A stretch of DNA of 64,000 nucleotides from Phoronis australis (Eukaryota > Animalia > Phoronida). The translations under genes and the position numbers were made by a program. Location: positions 187,921 through 251,920 of the forward strand of contig NMRA01000374.1 in the NCBI GenBank assembly GCA_002633005.1, written 5' to 3'. Positions 62,331 to 64,000 of this stretch are shown piece by piece (the first letter of the stretch is position 1; every line of letters begins with the position of its first letter). The notes below the pieces were generated by a model. That model saw only the letters and a list, made by a program, of their open reading frames with translations, ran no database searches and was not told the origin of the DNA.

Positions 62331-62749
62331 TTAATGATCTCCACACTGCCTTTACCGTCTAGGCTGAAACTGCTCGCCACCAACGAAAGTCAAGCACGCG
62401 ACCTATTCGAATGTAGGGGCTACGCTCAATTGCTAAAAGATGGTGGGCTGCGCCTACGCCCCACTACAGGTCTGCTGTAAATACGTATACGATAATATAC
62501 TGTGCGTAAATAAAAACGTCGTGCGAAGATTGGACTAAATGAGCGTGGTATCGTTATCAATGACATTTTACTTGATGTGAATTTTCAAAATGAAACCCCA
62601 TAAAGGCTGTCACTGTTTCTTAAATTATCTTTTCGACTTTATTTGTGCAATCTTAGATGAAATTTATAATCCCTTGAAAATTATCTTTGTCTTAAAAAGG
62701 CATGGAACGCAAAAGGTCCTCAAAATATCTTTTAAACAACTAATAACGA

Positions 62750-63830
62750 AGGCAACATCTCACGACGTCCACTACACAATGTTTTTCGCTTTCCCCTGAC
62801 AAGGAATTTCCACAAAATTCACGATTTTTGTAACACGTGCGAAGGAAAAACTTCGTAGTCTCCACACAGTTTCTAATCATCCTCCCACTTATGATAAATG
62901 CGTGCAGGCGCTCACAGTCAGTCAACAAACAGATGACTGATAAGAATGACATAATGGTAAATTATCGTGTGTGACGACACCAAAGTATGAGGCAAGACAA
63001 TGAAGCAAGAGATTTCAAATGTATTTTAGAGCACATTTGAATACTGCGATACTTTTGTAACTAATTTTAAACGTCAGTTGCCTTTTAATCGGACTGATGC
63101 TTGACGTCGCCATTGGTTTGTTTACATTAAATGTTAATTGTCACATTGTCTATATCAGGAAAGGTGCTAAGTCTATCTCTCGCCATATCGAATAAGGAGA
63201 CGTGTTTTGCCTTGTCTGGGGAAAATCAACGAAGTGACGGTCAGCTGACAGATCGCTTTTTTGAAACTAAAAGAAAAATACTTTGATGTAAACAGAAGTT
63301 CAAGAGCTTTACGAGCAAACCGTAAAAATGTCTGGTGAACACTGAATTCTGTTTCAGTGACAGAGAATGAATTTAGTCTGTTTTTCCGCGTTCCAGGCTT
63401 CTTTAAGCTTTTGCTACAACACTGCAAAAGTGAAATGAACAAAAAATTCTCCATATGGCCTGTCTGAAAAGAGTTTAGTTTGAATTCAATCAATCATTAT
63501 GAAAACTCGATGTTCCGCAGTAAGACAAAACGTGACATTTTTCTAGGGCTACTTATAACCTCGCACACCGTTGTATCTTTGGTTTACACTTACTTTTTTG
63601 ATGTGACTCGTGAACGCTTTCTTTAATTCTGAATATGAATATGAAAAATATCAAGTTGTATCAGTTACGACGTTTTGGCTTTTCTAAAAATCGCAATAGT
63701 CTGTATGTATTTTTGCAGACCTCAAAACGCCACTTACATGACTTGGTCCGAGTATCGGGTTCATAAATTACTTTTGCAATACCCTTACGGTACATCAACC
63801 ATGTCACTATTTACTGAGTTTGGAGTTACC
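62750..63830 (+). pseudogene. Highly degenerate THAP plus Harbinger/ISL2EU-type DDE transposase relic
   Basis: FFAFP..VRRKNF (THAP-like) at ~62780-62860; after a tttttgcag acceptor at ~63718, RPQNATYMTWSEY..YPYG resembles the P..TWS.YK..P.G motif. Confidence 0.45.
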
Positions 63831-63925
63831 TTGACAGCAGCAAAACATTATTCATTTACTCCAATATATTAACCGACCTACAATTTGTACAATAGGAAGC
63901 TAACGAGGCAAATGATAACGGTGTT

Positions 63926-63970
63926 CATGATCAACGTTTCGATTTAATACTTAAATCATCATCAGGTATG
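63926..63970 (-). ncRNA. Second-family Penelope-type hammerhead motif
   Basis: CTGATGA-T-GATTTAA-gta-TTAAATC-GAAA-CGTT: perfect 7-bp stem II and palindromic AACGTT; stem I pairs poorly. Confidence 0.6.
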
Positions 63971-64000
63971 ACTCATGCTCTACATCAATTCACAATAACA

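Larger units (their letters stand above)
53882..62410 (+). repeat. Segmental duplication copy B
   Basis: See copy A. Lacks A segments 6789-10884, ~12960-13545, 13687-19334, ~20790-21138 and ~22654-25077; has its own extra segments at ~54965-55163, 56749-59117 and 61803-62330. Confidence 0.95.

Overview
Repeat-saturated, AT-rich eukaryotic DNA, most likely from a marine invertebrate animal (inferred from spliceosomal GT-AG exons and the transposon repertoire); no prokaryotic genes, rRNA, tRNA or CRISPR arrays were seen. The window is organised as an old segmental duplication: ~6600-25180 (copy A) recurs in direct orientation at ~53880-62410 (copy B), and ~590-2660 recurs inverted at ~40930-45330. 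Each copy supplies empty sites for the other's insertions, which fixes element ends and target-site duplications from sequence alone. The only apparently intact host gene is a minus-strand F5/8 type C (discoidin) domain gene (exons 54186-54561 and 45991-46131); its paralogous exon in copy A (11002-11377) has two stops. A probable phospholipase-B-like pseudo-exon lies antisense nearby. The rest is nested TE relics: three Sola3-like elements, ISL2EU/Harbinger-type THAP elements, Academ-like, hAT, piggyBac, Kolobok-like, Gypsy, RTE, R1/LOA-like, CR1/L2 and Penelope (with hammerhead ribozyme motifs). Family assignments come from by-eye translation and remembered motifs, not database searches.
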